Source: Eledone cirrhosa (taxonomy: Eukaryota). From it: 64,000 nt of DNA. Where the stretch lies: the NCBI GenBank assembly GCA_964016885.1, contig OZ024758.1:24428001-24492000 (forward strand), in the 5' to 3' direction. The notes below the pieces were generated by a model, which made no database searches, had not been told where the DNA came from, and saw nothing but the letters and a program-made list of their open reading frames with translations. Numbering within the stretch: the first letter of the stretch is position 1; every line of letters begins with the position of its first letter. This document shows, in pieces, positions 49,266-62,613 of the stretch. Made by a program: the position numbers and the translations under genes.

Positions 49266-49734
49266 TTAGACAACATTTTAGGATCTAATTGTATTGGCTG
49301 TGAGGTTGCTTTCACTTTCAACATGCTAGCATGGTTTAAATATATATATCATCATCACCATTTAGTGTCCATTTTTCCACGCTTGCATGGGTTAAATGGG
49401 TCGTCCAAGCCGGGAGGCAAGTCTGGCCAGAGTTGGCCACATCGTATCATGCTCCAACAAGGACTGTAAATTTGGCAGGGGATTTTACAGTTGGATGCCC
49501 TTCCTAACACCAATCACATTTACAAAGTGGAACCGGATGGCACCGTTATGAGAAGGAGGTATAGGCCAGTTGGCCACACTGAACCCATCTCACAGTGAAA
49601 CCATAATTTTGGAGCCCAGTATTGGATGGCACTGATATGAGGAGGGACATGCCAGTTGGCCACGCCAAAACCCTCTCAAAGTGGAACCACAGTCTGGGAG
49701 CCTGGAACTGGTTAGCGCCACTATATATATATAT

Positions 49735-49948
49735 CTAGGGAGTGTAACTTGGAGTTACTACAAGTTCACCCGGGTGAGCACTCGATGTTTAGGTTCACTT
49801 CTGTGTTTTAAAGGGTCCGTCGAGCTGCCGATTATTGAGTTGGGTAAGATCAATACAGATCGAACCTTGAGCTGATCAGTGGTGAAACACGTGTCACCTA
49901 CCAATAAATGTAATGAAGGAGTAACCAATCGTCCTTGTTATCCTTTCA
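49735..49948. mobile_element. Family G element with 5' inversion/deletion
   Basis: Reverse complement of the tail (7980-8050) joined to a plus copy of 7810-7946; (TA)n on both sides. Confidence 0.82.
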
Positions 49949-49981
<33 letters not shown>

Positions 49982-50125
49982 TGACCAAAGATTAGTATGG
50001 TTTGTTGAATACTCAATGAATACAATTTTACAATAGATTAGAAGCACTCAACAAAAAAGTTTTCCTCGAGTTTTTAATATTATTCAAAATATTAACAAAT
50101 TAAAAATATTCTCATAATCAAAATA

Positions 50126-50195
50126 TATACTTTATTATATATATTTCAGAGATACTGTGTTATTTTTCCAGTACGTCCTCACCAGACAAAATATA
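50126..50195 (-). ncRNA. Type I hammerhead motif with one core substitution (CUGGUGA)
   Basis: Minus strand: TATATTTTGT CTGGTGA GGAcGTACTG-loop-CAGTATcTCT GAAA TATATA TA ATAAAGTATA. Stem I is 10 bp with two G-U pairs. Confidence 0.7.
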
Positions 50196-50520
50196 TGATT
50201 TGATATATGAGATACCTCTACGGTCTTGATTGTTCAATTCCAACCGGAATTGCTGTCCTTAATGTTATACTTTATGTCAACTGTTGTGGTTAATAAAGAA
50301 AGCATTATTATTATTAGCAGAGGGTGGATTGGCAGTATCGGTAGAGGGTTGGACACCATGCTTTCCAGCATAGTTACGTCCCTTTACGATCTGAGTTCAA
50401 ATCCCGCCGAGGTTGACTTTGCCTTTCATCCTTACGGGGTCGATAAAATAAAGTACCAGTAATGCACTGAGTATTTGCTGGCCTTGTGCCAAAAGTAGAA
50501 ACAATTATTATTATTATCAC

Positions 50521-50718
50521 CAGGAAATGCCAGTTGAAGGAAGACGTGGTAGAGGTAGACCACGAAAAACATGGGCGGAGGTGGTGAGAACAGACCTCAG
50601 ATCATTGAAGCTCACGGTGGAGATGACGAAGGACCGTGACGAGTGGAGAGATGCTGTGCTGAATAAGATCCGTCCCACCCTTGCAAGCAGGGAAAAGCGG
50701 ACGTAAAATGATGATGAT
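50521..50718 (+). mobile_element. 3' end of a second RTE family (RTE-2)
   Basis: Open frame QEMPVEGRRGRGRPRKTWAEVVRTDLRSLKLTVEMTKDRDEWRDAVLNKIRPTLASREKRT* (stop 50704-50706), then (TGA)n. Confidence 0.88.
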
Positions 50719-51235
50719 CATCATCATCATCATTATCATCATTTATTTTGTGTATCTATAATTATTTTTAAGTCTTTGTACTCGCATCCTTCTCTACTTT
50801 TACATTCTTCTCCATATATTTGCATTAATCTATTCATATCAACATGTCAGTATTGGTTTGTTTATATTTACAAGCGTGAGAATTTATAAATATTGATTGT
50901 CCTATTTTATCCTCACAGTATTGTACTTTTATAATGCTTTATACACATTTCATAACCACAAAGTATCATGTTGTGTCATTCATACCAACTGTCATTGTTC
51001 TTTCTAAATATCTTGAATACAATTTGAAAAATAACTCAACAATGTTTTAATCATGAAAATACTAATTACAATAAGGAATAATATTAGCTAATAATTGTGT
51101 GTGTGTGTGTGTGTGTGTTGGACATTAACAAAAGAAAATCTTGTATAAAGAAAAACCAAATTAACCAATTATTTTTACGAAATTTAATTTTTATTAACCT
51201 TAATGATGAATTGATTTTTTTTTTACAAAATATTC

Positions 51236-51504
51236 TTAACCTCTTCAGTGCCGTAGACAAGATAACTCGTCTTAACATGTTTGAGCTTGTTTCCAACAGT
51301 TCATAACTTCAAAGTTATGAACTCGTTTCCAACAGTTCCTAACTTCAAAGCTAGATGGGGTTACTAGTTTATTGATGCGATGTTTGTCAATCATTCAGAT
51401 ATGTGTTGTTAATAAAAATTTGTTTTAAAAAAATAGTACTGAAAACAAAAACCCGGCAGAGCAACTGTAGCTGTATAAAATATATGTGGCAGTCAACAGG
51501 TTAA
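51236..51504. mobile_element. Second TTAA-flanked MITE family
   Basis: TTAA-CCTCTTCAGTGCC ... GGCAGTCAACAGG-TTAA imperfect TIRs. Confidence 0.55.
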
Positions 51505-52160
51505 ACAAGTTAAATGGAATGTAATTGATAATAAAAATATCTATTTCAATTTACCTTATATACTCAAATATAAGCAGGGGAACATGTAACCAAACAATCA
51601 ATGGTAAAATGGTGTGAGGAGGGCTTATATTCAAATATCTAAAATCTTTCCTTTCCTTCAGTCTTTTTCTATTTTCAAAGTGGTGAAGATCTTCACCAAG
51701 TCATTTTTTAAATACTAGGTTTCATATTGATGAATGATCGATCATTTACCTGCTGTTTGTAATAAACTGTACAAAAATGGAGGTAAAAGAATAAAGAAGT
51801 AGGAAGCAAAGGAGGATCAAAGAAAACTGCATTGAAATGCATGCATGGTCCCATAACTCCTGGGGAAGTCATAGGGGCACCGTATTGATAGACGGCATTT
51901 CTTGGGCATTTTTTAAACCTGGTGGGGGGGGGGGGGCATCTCCTCTCCAGGCCTGAACACAGCAGATATCTTCCAAAGAAGGATAGTGAGTGAGGGAGTG
52001 GAAATGAGAAAGAAATATAGAGGAAAAGCAGACTCCAGTACTTGACTGGTACTTTTTTTCATCAACCTTGAATGGCCGAAAGGCAAAGTTGACTTGACTC
52101 AGAGGGTAGAGAGCCAAATCAAATACTGCAAAGCATTCTATCTGTCATTCTAATGACTCC

Positions 52161-52584
52161 TTAACTCTTTATCATTTGAACTGGTCATATCCGGCCAGAA
52201 TTTCTCTCATCTCTTTCTGTTCAAACCGGCTGTAACTGGCCACTCATACTGATGCTAAGGCATTGTTCTCAAAATAAATAATATCAAAATCTCATAGATT
52301 CGATATTATGGGAGATAATTATTTAAGAGGTGGATTCGCAGTATCAGTAGAGGGCCGGACGCCATGCTTTGACGCAAAGAGTTACGTCCCTCTACGATCT
52401 GAGTTCAAATCCCGCCGAGGTTAACTTTGCCTTTCATCCTTACGAAGTCGATAAAATAAAGTACCAGTAATGCACTGGGTAATTACTGACCTTGTGCCAA
52501 AAGTAGAAACAATTATTTAAGATAAAGTGTTTACTGTGAAAATACAATAGTAAATATTGAATAATGTAAATATTAAAGGGTTAA
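52161..52584. mobile_element. piggyBac-like MITE with nested SINE B (52326-52513)
   Basis: TTAA ends; the SINE is flanked by an aattatttaaga duplication. Confidence 0.85.
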
Positions 52585-54387
52585 TTGAAATACATATTTC
52601 TTATAAAATACTTGGAAGAGAGAAAGAGTAGTATTAGCAGTAAAACACTAATCTTTTTTACATTGAATTATCTAAAGCTAGAGGTAATTGATTTTTAGAC
52701 TTTAGATGGAGTTTGTTGAAAGATTTACTGAGCAGAACTTTTAGTGAAATATAAAAAGAATAGATCATGGTGAACTGGGGAATATTTGCCAAATAAATAA
52801 CTTTAAATTGGTTGAGCTGGAAGCACAATGTCTCTATCTCAAAGATAAAATGGGAAATGCTATCAATTGATAAGTCTTAATCTTATAGATGATATGTTTC
52901 AACTGCTTCAAGCAAAATTCTGGCTGAGGTGGTTGACTTGGAATACCTTTTTAATATTCTTGTTGTTAGATAAATCTCTCACTTTTAACCTTTCAAAGGA
53001 TAACTGCAGTCACAAATATACTTAACAGAGACTAAAGTTATTATACAGAATTGTAATATATAAGTTGGTTGTGTAGGTGTCATGACAAAAAAGCACCCAG
53101 CCCACAGTGCAAATGTGGTTTGCCTTTGGAAGAGCGTCCAGCTGTAGAAAACCAGCCAGAAACAATCGCCTGACCCAACTTGCCTCAGATGGGACAACCC
53201 GTCTAACTCATGCTAGCATGGAAAGTGAATGTTAAATAAATGTTTCTACTTTAGGTACAAGGCCAGTAATTACCCAGTGCATTACTGGTACTTTATTTTA
53301 TCGACCTCGTAAGGATGAAAGGCAAAGTCAACCTCGGCGGGATTTGAACTCAGATCGTAAAGGGACGTAACTATGCTGGAAAGCATGGCGTCCGACCCTC
53401 TACCGATACTGCCAATCCACCGCCCTTCACCTCCAAGTGAATGTTAAATAATGTTGATTATATATATATATATATACAGAAGACCCGACCCCCCCCCCCC
53501 CCACGGGTACAAGCCGAAGCTGAAGCATATAGACAATATGCCCCCACACCCTCCCACTGCAAAGTGGTCGTGGAGGTGCCACGGCAAAAAAGCACCCAGC
53601 ACTCACTGTAAATGAGGTTGATGTTAAGAAGGGCATCCAGCTGTGGAAATCAAGCCAGAATCAGTTCCCGTATGAGCAAGACATGGTCAGCCGACCGGAC
53701 ACTGTCCACAACAGGACAACCCGTCTAACCCATGCTAGCTTGGAAGAATGGACGTAAAACGGTGATGATGATGATCGTGATGATGATATATATAGGAAAA
53801 GAGTCAGGACCCTAAGTATCGAGTACTCTGGTGCATTATGTATGGTCCACCTGGTATTTTACCACACCTTCTTTGTTATATATATATATCAATGATCTAT
53901 TGATATTAACCAAATATTCTTCAAAATTTCTCTTTATGCTACACCACCACCACCACTCACGCCCCTGAACTATTTAATTCTACAGCATATCTTCCCCTTT
54001 GGCAAACAATTAACATGGCTACAATATAAAGATATAAAAGTGTATCTATATTTTCAGAAATAACATTCAGAGTTAAGCTGCTGAATATATAATGCTATCT
54101 ACACATTAGTAATATTAAGTACAATTGATTATAAGACTGTCAGGAATATCTTAGAAAATAGATTAATGCTGAGTGTTAGGTGGAATGTAGATAACATGAT
54201 TACAAGATGATGTAAAGACAGGTTTTCACACATGTAGCAGAATATTATGAAAAAGAGATGTCAACTAACAAAACCCCAAAAAAAACAACAAATGTTTGAA
54301 GCAAAACTATAAATAAATACTAACATATATTTTAGTTTAGAAATAGAAGCTTTCACAGTCTTTTTTGACTAAAGAAATTTTAGCCTG

Positions 54388-54598
54388 ATAGTGGGGTTTA
54401 GAACCCCCTAAGATATGGAAAAAGGATGAGTATTGATGTACATGGGATTCATATTTTATAGTGGGGTTTAGGACCCTCTAAGATATGGAAAAAAGATGAG
54501 TATTGATGTACATGGGATTCATATTTTATAGTGGGGTTCAGGACCCGCTAAGAAATGGAAAAAAGATGAGTATTGACATACACGAGATTCATACTTTA
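54388..54598. repeat. 70-bp tandem repeat x3
   Basis: gtggggtt recurs at 54391, 54461 and 54531. Confidence 0.92.
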
Positions 54599-56468
54599 TT
54601 TTATTTTTGTATATTTTATATTGTTTGTATTTGATTATTTCATATTTCTTTTTTAATTTATTTTTTTCCACTTGAACGATCTGGAGTTCTCTTACTGTGA
54701 AAAAAAAAAAAAATTATTGAATCGGCAGCCCTTGTGAGGAAGGAACCCCGTGAAGTCGGGTGGCTGTTGCAGCAGGTGTCGCTGGCCATTGTCCACAGGA
54801 ATGTTTATGTGGTCTTGTCCATGGGGTGTAGCCCCTCTACCACCGTGCCCTAGGCCCATAGCCCAATCACCCCCCCCCCCTCTTCTGTCACACTAGAGTC
54901 CTTGCCATTCCCTCCTTTTTCCCATCTTTTTTTCTTTATAATTTTCATATTTTACATTCCATTCGTCTCAATCTAAATTTTATTTTATTTTTCTATTAAA
55001 CTATATTTACATGATATATTCCATCAAAAAATTGACTAATTCTTCCAGTCTTATCTGCAACACACTGACCAAAAGTGTATTGATGACAGCATTTAACAGC
55101 AACTAGCAGTGCATGACTGAAATCCCAGATACAAGGTTATATAAATGAATAACGTGACTTGTTTAATGATAAATGCCTGTTGCCATAATACCATCATTTA
55201 TAAATGACATCCATATAATAAATAAAATAAATGGAGAACAACATAACATAACTGTGTCAAAATTATGGATTAATTTGTTTTGCATTTCATTTCTTTTCCA
55301 ATAATTTTTTTTTTGTTTTCTTTTGGTTTTGTTTTTTCCATAATGTAAGAAGAGATTAACCCTTTAGCATTCACATTTCTCTATATATACTATTGTATTT
55401 TCATGGTAAAGGCTTTATCTCACATAATTATCTCACATAATATCGAATCTATGAGATTTTGAAAGTATTTATTTTGAGAACAATACCTTAACATCAGTTT
55501 GAGTGACCAGTTACAGCCAGTTTCAACAGAAAAAAAGTAGAGAATTCTGGCCGGTTTGGGCCAGTTTGAACATTAAAGGGTTAATAAGAAATCTAAGATC
55601 TCAACATTAACCCATTAACATTTAAACAGGCCATATCCAGCCAGAATTCTCTCACTTATTTCTGTTCAAACTGGCTATAACTGGCTGTTCATACTGATGT
55701 TATGGTTTTGTTCTCAAAATAAATAACATCAAAATCTCATAGATTCAATATCATGTGAGATAATTATGTGAGATAAAGTGTTTACCACATAAATGCAACA
55801 ATAAGTATAGAGTAATGTAAATGCTAAAGAATTAATAAGAGAAAAGTGTTTCTGAAGAAACAAATCTTTGAATAATAAATTGAACTAGAAATAAATAGTG
55901 TAGCATAAGCTGACCAAAGGGCTTCTCTTTTGGCTTGTGCCACAGCTATGTAATATGTATACTACACACACAAACCCATACACACATACAAACATACACA
56001 CACGCATATATGTAAATAAACAAATAGGACCATCAAATACATAAATCTGAACATAGATACACCTAGAACAAACACAAAGTAATCACTGAATCTATGTAAA
56101 TAATACACTTGGAAAACAAAGCCAACAATAAACAAAACAGCCACTGGATAAGACCATTGAATTCCAAACTTGTAACTAATACACTCATTAATATATATAT
56201 AGAGAGAGAGAGAGAAAGACAGAGAGGAAGGGAGAGAGAGAGGGAGTGAGAGTTAATGAAGGGAGAGAGAGAGAGGGGAGAGAGAGAGAGGGGAGAGTTA
56301 ATGAAAGGGGCCCTCTATTTTGTCACACAACCTGCTAAGAATACCATCCAAATCTTTCTCAAATTACACCTCAATATCTTGAAAAAGTAAGTACATATTG
56401 AATAAAGTAATCCTATATACACTGTCTCCACTACCCCTAAATAATAAAATGGTCATACATATATATAT

Positions 56469-56797
56469 ATCATCATCATTTCATTTTACATCCGCTTTTT
56501 CCCTGCTAGCAAGGGTGGGACGGGAACTGATTTGGCTTGATTTCTACAGCTGCATGCCCTTTCTAACACCAACCTCATTTACAGTGAGTACTGGGTGCTT
56601 TTATGGCGTGGCACCTCCACAACCACTTTGCAGTGGAATGATAGGGACCTCAGTCCCTAGCATCTCATTTCTACAGCTGAGTAAACTGGAGCAATGTGAA
56701 ATAAAGTGTCTTGCTCAAGGAAACAACACATCACCGGTCTGAGAATTGAACTCACAACCTTTCGATTGCAAGACCAATGCTCTAACCACTAAGCCAT
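56469..56797 (-). mobile_element. SINE A
   Basis: Reverse-complement copy between (TA)n tracts. Confidence 0.88.
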
Positions 56798-57029
56798 ATA
56801 TATATATATATATATATTTATATTAAAAGGAATTCCAACTTTGATTTACTCGTTTTATTTACAATCCTTTAAAATTATAATGATATTATAATGAAATAGT
56901 ATGGTAGAATATTAAATGTTAATTGAACAAGTACTTCCATGTTTTCGCAATCTTCAGGTTCATAATCTGTGGTGACAGTCAAGTTTGCAATTTTCAATGT
57001 ATATATATATATATATATGTATATATATG

Positions 57030-57222
57030 TAGGAAAAAGTATGACCCCGACGGCAGAGCGCAAGCCGTTTCGACGGCTATTTCTGGACTGAAATAGCCGT
57101 CGAAACGGCTTGATCTCTGCCGTCGGGGTCATACTTTTTCCTATTACCCACTCTACTACTCTAAGTATTGAGTACTCTGGTGTGTTATGGTCCATCTGGT
57201 TCCTTACCACAATTCCTTCATT
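57030..57222 (+). mobile_element. Family C palindromic element (variant subfamily)
   Basis: Substitutions relative to the other copies are mirrored in both arms. Confidence 0.85.
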
Positions 57223-57224
57223 AT

Positions 57225-57274
<50 letters not shown>

Positions 57275-57276
<2 letters not shown>

Positions 57277-57520
57277 CATCATCAGTCTTCCACGCTAGCA
57301 TGGGTTTAGACGGGAATTGTCCTACTTGAGACAAGATTGGTCGGGTGACCATGTCTCACTCATATAGAGCTGTCTGGCAGGTTTTCTACGGCTGGATGCC
57401 CTTCCTAACACCAACCACGTTTACAGTGTGGACTGGGAGGTTTTTACCGTGTTACCTACACGGCCACATTACAGCGTGGACTGTGTGTTTATTTGTCGTG
57501 ACACCTACACGACCTCATTT
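57275..57520 (-). mobile_element. RTE-1-like 3' UTR fragment
   Basis: Reverse complement of the RTE-1 3' UTR between (TA)n tracts. Confidence 0.8.
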
Positions 57521-57749
57521 ATATATATATATATATATATATAGAATGAAACAGTTCTAGTCCTGTAGAAGTCATTTCTATATTAAATTTAATATTTACA
57601 TTCTGCTAATGTTAAGTACCTTACTAACTGTGGTTACCTCCGATTGAACCTGGGACTCACACTCACACATATTATATATATATATATACCATGCAAGCGT
57701 GGAAGATGGACGTTAAACGATGATGATGATGATGGTATATATATATATA

Positions 57750-58108
57750 GGCACCTCTAACAAAATATACCCCCGTCCCACTACCCCCACCCCATCCACA
57801 CCACCCCCTTAAATGTGAAGTTATGTTGGTACCACAACATCCAGTCCGAAACAAATGAGATCGTGTAGGTGTCACGACAAAAAAACACACAGTCCACGCT
57901 GTAATGTGGCCGTGTAGGTAACACGGTAAAAACCTCCCAGACCCACACTGTAAATGTGGTTGGTGTTAGGAAGGGCATCCAGCCGTAGAAAACCCGCCAG
58001 ACAGTCCTATACGAGCAAGACAACCAATCTTGCCTCAAGTGGGAAAACTCCCGTCCAAACCCATGCAAGCGTGGAAGATGGACGTTAAACAATGATGATG
58101 ATGATGAT
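57750..58108 (+). mobile_element. RTE-1 3' UTR fragment
   Basis: Colinear with 11272-11637, with a (GAT)n tail. Confidence 0.88.
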
Positions 58109-58451
58109 ATATATCATCATTGTTTAATGTCTATTTTTCCACACTTGCATGGATTAGGCGGGTTGTCCCATTATGAGACAACTCAACTCAAGTCAAGTAA
58201 CCAGATTTTGCTCTTACGGATCTGTATTTTGACTCAATTTCTACAGCTGGATGATATACACAAAGAGTAATGTAAAGTTTTCATTATAGTTCTGCAAGCT
58301 AGAAACAACCAATCAAATTTCCCCCAAATCACACATCTTACCATCTTATAAAAGATCACCATATACAAAAAGCTAATGTCAACCACAAATACGCTATCTC
58401 TAAGATATCATCTTTGCATTAGGATGGGTAGACAGACAGACAGACAGATAA

Positions 58452-58490
<39 letters not shown>

Positions 58491-58537
58491 TATAGAGATA
58501 GATAGATAGGTAGACAGAATAGATAGATAGATAGATA

Positions 58538-59012
58538 TATTTCTTTATTAGCCACAGGGGCACAAAAGAAGGGGACAAATACAAAGGGGGAAGTTTACAT
58601 ACAATAAAAACGTGTAAAATGTTATCACAAATGGAATTTAAAAAATTAGTCGATTTTCCCCAATAGAGGGAGACAGTTTATATGGGTAACACATACCCCC
58701 GAAAAAAAATGTGCGACCCTCATCTCCAGGAGTTACGAAGAGTTTGTACTCCTTTCCTCTCCTCCTCTTTTTCCTCAGCCTACAGGCTGATATAGAGAGA
58801 AGGCCCATTCACTCGGGCCATTCTCGCCACTTTCACCCACCTTTTATAAAACTTGCTGGGGTACAGCACCTCTCTCTCCACCCTGATTCTTCTTCCAAAG
58901 TGGTATTTGAAAAAAAGAATCAGTTGTTGGCCGGAGAGAAAGGTGTCTGACCTCAGCCCTTTCAACCTTGTCCACCATACAACCTCTTTCACCATAGCTA
59001 TCACACAAAGGA
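58538..59012 (-). mobile_element. L1/Tx1-like LINE 3' fragment inserted in (GATA)n
   Basis: Frame KEVVWWTRLKGL...FFKYHFGRRIRVERE...FYKRWVKVA resembles Tx1-type ORF2 C-termini. The 3' UTR ends AATAAAGAAA, and (GATA)n flanks both sides. Confidence 0.65.
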
Positions 59013-60149
59013 AAGATAGATAGACAGATAGATAGATAGACAGATAAATAGATACACTTAAAAAGACAGGATTGTCGAGGCTGGAGTGACTCAAATCATA
59101 GATCTACTTGATCATGACTGACCTGGGGCTAAAAAACTATATATATATATATATATATAAGTATGTGCGTGTGTCTATATATGTATCAGTGTTTGTATAT
59201 TAGTGTGAAGGTGTGTACTTGCATACCTTTGATCATACTTTATATTTTGTTTGAGTCTTGTTGGTTGACATTATTAGTTACGTCCCTTTACGATCTGAGT
59301 TCAATTCCCGCCGAGGTTTACTTTGCCTTTCATCCTTACGGGGTCGATAAAATAAAGTACCAGTAATGTACTGGGATAATTGCTGGCCTTGTGCCAAAAG
59401 TAGAAACAATTATTTTGTCGGTTGGCAGTATCGGTAGAGGGTCGGACGCCATGCTTTGACGCATAGAGTTACGGCCCTTTCCATTCTGAGTTCAAATCCC
59501 GCTGAGGTTAACTTTGCCTTTCATCCTTACAGGGTCGATAAAATAAAGTACCAGTAATACACTGGGTAATTGCTCGCCTTGTGCCAAAAGCAGAAAATTA
59601 TTTTGTATTGATTTTGTTTCTTCTTCATATCTAACAGAAGCAGAATCAAGCAGGAAATATTAGCTGGAGACAAAATAAAAATAAGTGACAAAACTAAGGA
59701 ATATATAAAGATGCTTCAATAATTGAGGATTAAAGGTAGAAAAATCCATTATATGTCAGAGATACAGAAGTGAAAATGAAATAGGAGTATTGCATTATGT
59801 AATTAACATCCGCAACTTAAATAGTTTTCCAATGTTCCCTCATGGAGTGTCTATATAGAGTTGTGTGTGAAGACGAAAATGTCTTCTTCATGTGTCACTA
59901 AAAACGCGTTGGCGTGATTGTTTAGACCTATTCTGATGGATGCATTCATTAAATAGAACCACTAAACTTTGTATGTTTTTCTTTAATACATCAAAACCAT
60001 GTTCTCTTCTAATGTGCTGTTATAAATGTTCTTAGCAATGGAACAACATTGGAGTAAACACATTCACAAGTAAGTAAAAGGTGTCATTTTAAACAATGTG
60101 CTACTAGAAGCAAATCAATAAAATATGAGCTACATATAGATCATATATA

Positions 60150-60183
<34 letters not shown>

Positions 60184-60389
60184 GCCTTTTTTTTTTTCAG
60201 CCATAGAAACCAAACGAAACCAAACTAAAACCAGTTCTGTATGAGCAAGATATGGTCATCAGACCTGGCTTGTTTCATAATGAAGCAACTCATCTAACCG
60301 GTGCTGGCATGGAAAATGAATGATGATGATATATCCGCATAAGGTGAAATATTTGTTCTTGATATAGTGAACTAACTGTTGTGGAACTA

Positions 60390-60420
<31 letters not shown>

Positions 60421-60422
<2 letters not shown>

Positions 60423-60744
60423 TCATTCATCATCATCATTTCATTTTACGTCCGCTTTTTTCCCTGCTTGCAAGGGTGGGACGGGAACTGATTCTGGCTT
60501 GATTTCTACAGCTGGATGCCCTTCCTAGCACCAACCTCATTTACAGTGAGTGCTGGGTGCTTTTTTGCCGTGGTACCTCCACGACCACTTTGCAGTGGAA
60601 TAATATGGAGCCCAGTCCTATCATCTCATTTCTACAGCTGAGTAAACTGGAGCAATGTGAAATAAAGTGTCTTGCTCAAGGAAACAACACATCACCCAGT
60701 CTGAGAATTGAACTCACAACCTTTCGATTACAAGCCATGTGCCT

Positions 60745-60747
<3 letters not shown>
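60421..60747 (-). mobile_element. SINE A
   Basis: Reverse-complement copy between (TA)n tracts. Confidence 0.88.
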
Positions 60748-60796
<49 letters not shown>

Positions 60797-61092
60797 ATAT
60801 ATTGAAAAGCATTCAGTCTCACACTGTAAGGAAGAGGTGCCAGAATCATGATAAAATGTACCCAATACAAGCAGTAAAGTGGTTGGTGTTAAGGAGGGCA
60901 TACAGCCATAGAAATCAAACCAAACCAAAACAAAGCCTACTAGCAGGACCTAGGCACCAGACTGGTCTGGCCTCAGCACACGATAACCATCTAACCCATG
61001 CAAGCATGGAATATAGAAATTAAATGATGATGATATATATATAATGAAAGAAATGTGAGGGCAGAATCCTCAAACACTCCTTCCAGCAGGTC

Positions 61093-62065
61093 ATGTCAGT
61101 GATTCTTTCCTAAGACATTCTAACCACATGTCAGTGATTCTTTCCTAAGACATTCTAACCACATGTCCAGTGATTCTTTCCTGAGACATTCTAACCACAT
61201 GCCCAGTGATTCTTTCCTGAGACATTATAACCACATGCCCAGTGATTCTTTCCTGAGACATTCTAACCACATGCCCAGTGATTCTTTCCTGAGACATTCT
61301 AACCACATGCCCAGTGATTCTTTCCTGAGACATTCTAACCACATGTCCAGTGATTCTTTCCTGAGACATTCTAACCACATGCCCAGTGATTCTTTCCTGA
61401 GACATTCTAACCACATGTCAGTGATTCTTTCCTAAGACATTCTAACCACATGTCCAGTGATTCTTTCCTGAGACATTCTAACCACATGTCAGTGATTCTT
61501 TCCTAAGACATTCTAACCACATGTCCAGTGATTCTTTCCTGAGACATTCTAACCACATGTCAGTGATTCTTTCCTAAGACATTCTAACCACATGTCCAGT
61601 GATTCTTTCCTGAGACATTCTAACCACATGCCCAGTGATTCTTTCCTGAGACATTCTAACCACATGTCCAGTGATTCTTTCCTAAGACATTCTAACCACA
61701 TGCCCAGTGATTCTTTCCTGAGACATTCTAACCACATGTCCAGTGATTCTTTCCTAAGACATTATAACCACATGTCCAGTGATTCTTTCCTAAGACATTA
61801 TAACCACATGCCCAGTGATTCTTTCCTAAGACATTCTAACTACATGCCCAGTGATTCTTTCCTAAGACATTATAACTACATGCCCAGTGATTCTTTCCTA
61901 AGACATTATAACTACATGCCCAGTGATTCTTTCCTGAGACATTCTAACTACATGCCCAGTGATTCTTTCCTAAGACATTATAACCATATGCCCAGTGATT
62001 CTTTCCTAAGACATTATAACTACATGCCCAGTGATTCTTTCCTAAGACATTATAACTACATGCCC
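61093..62065. repeat. 36-bp minisatellite (~27 units) derived from RTE-3 coding sequence
   Basis: Unit ccagtgattctttcctgagacattctaaccacatg(c/t) = GHVVRMSQERIT on the minus strand. Confidence 0.96.
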
Positions 62066-62237
62066 ATAGCATTTTCATTTGTAATCATGTGTAAGACATG
62101 TTTCACAAATGACCAGCTTGGAGCCTTAATCAATTAATCAGTTACAATTAACATGGCTCTTGCACTGATTTGTTTATCAGATGCAATGGAGATTAGAATC
62201 AGAATATATTCAGCTCTGTGTAAGGTATCAGACCTGC

Positions 62238-62285
<48 letters not shown>

Positions 62286-62492
62286 CAAAGTGGTCATCCA
62301 CTGTAAAGTGGTCGTGGAGGTGCCACGGCAAAAAAGCACCCAGCACTCACTGTAAATGAGGTTGGTGCTAGGAAGGGCATCCAGCTGTAGAAATCAAGCC
62401 AGCATCAGTTCCCGTCCCACCCTTGCAAGTAGGGAAAAAGCGGACGTAAAATGAAATGAATGAAATGAAATGATATATGTATATATATATAT

Positions 62493-62590
62493 AGGGTGTC
62501 CAAAAAAATGTATACACACTTTAACAACATTTTAACAAATATTGGCTATACAGGTAATCAAAGTGTGTATACATTTTTTGGAACACCCTG
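62493..62590. mobile_element. Tc1/mariner-type MITE (~98 bp)
   Basis: About 30-bp TIRs AGGGTGTCCAAAAAAATGTATACACACTTT / AAAGTGTGTATACATTTTTTGGAACACCCTG in a TA/TG context. Confidence 0.75.
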
Positions 62591-62613
62591 TGTGTGTGTG
62601 TGTGTGTGTGTAT

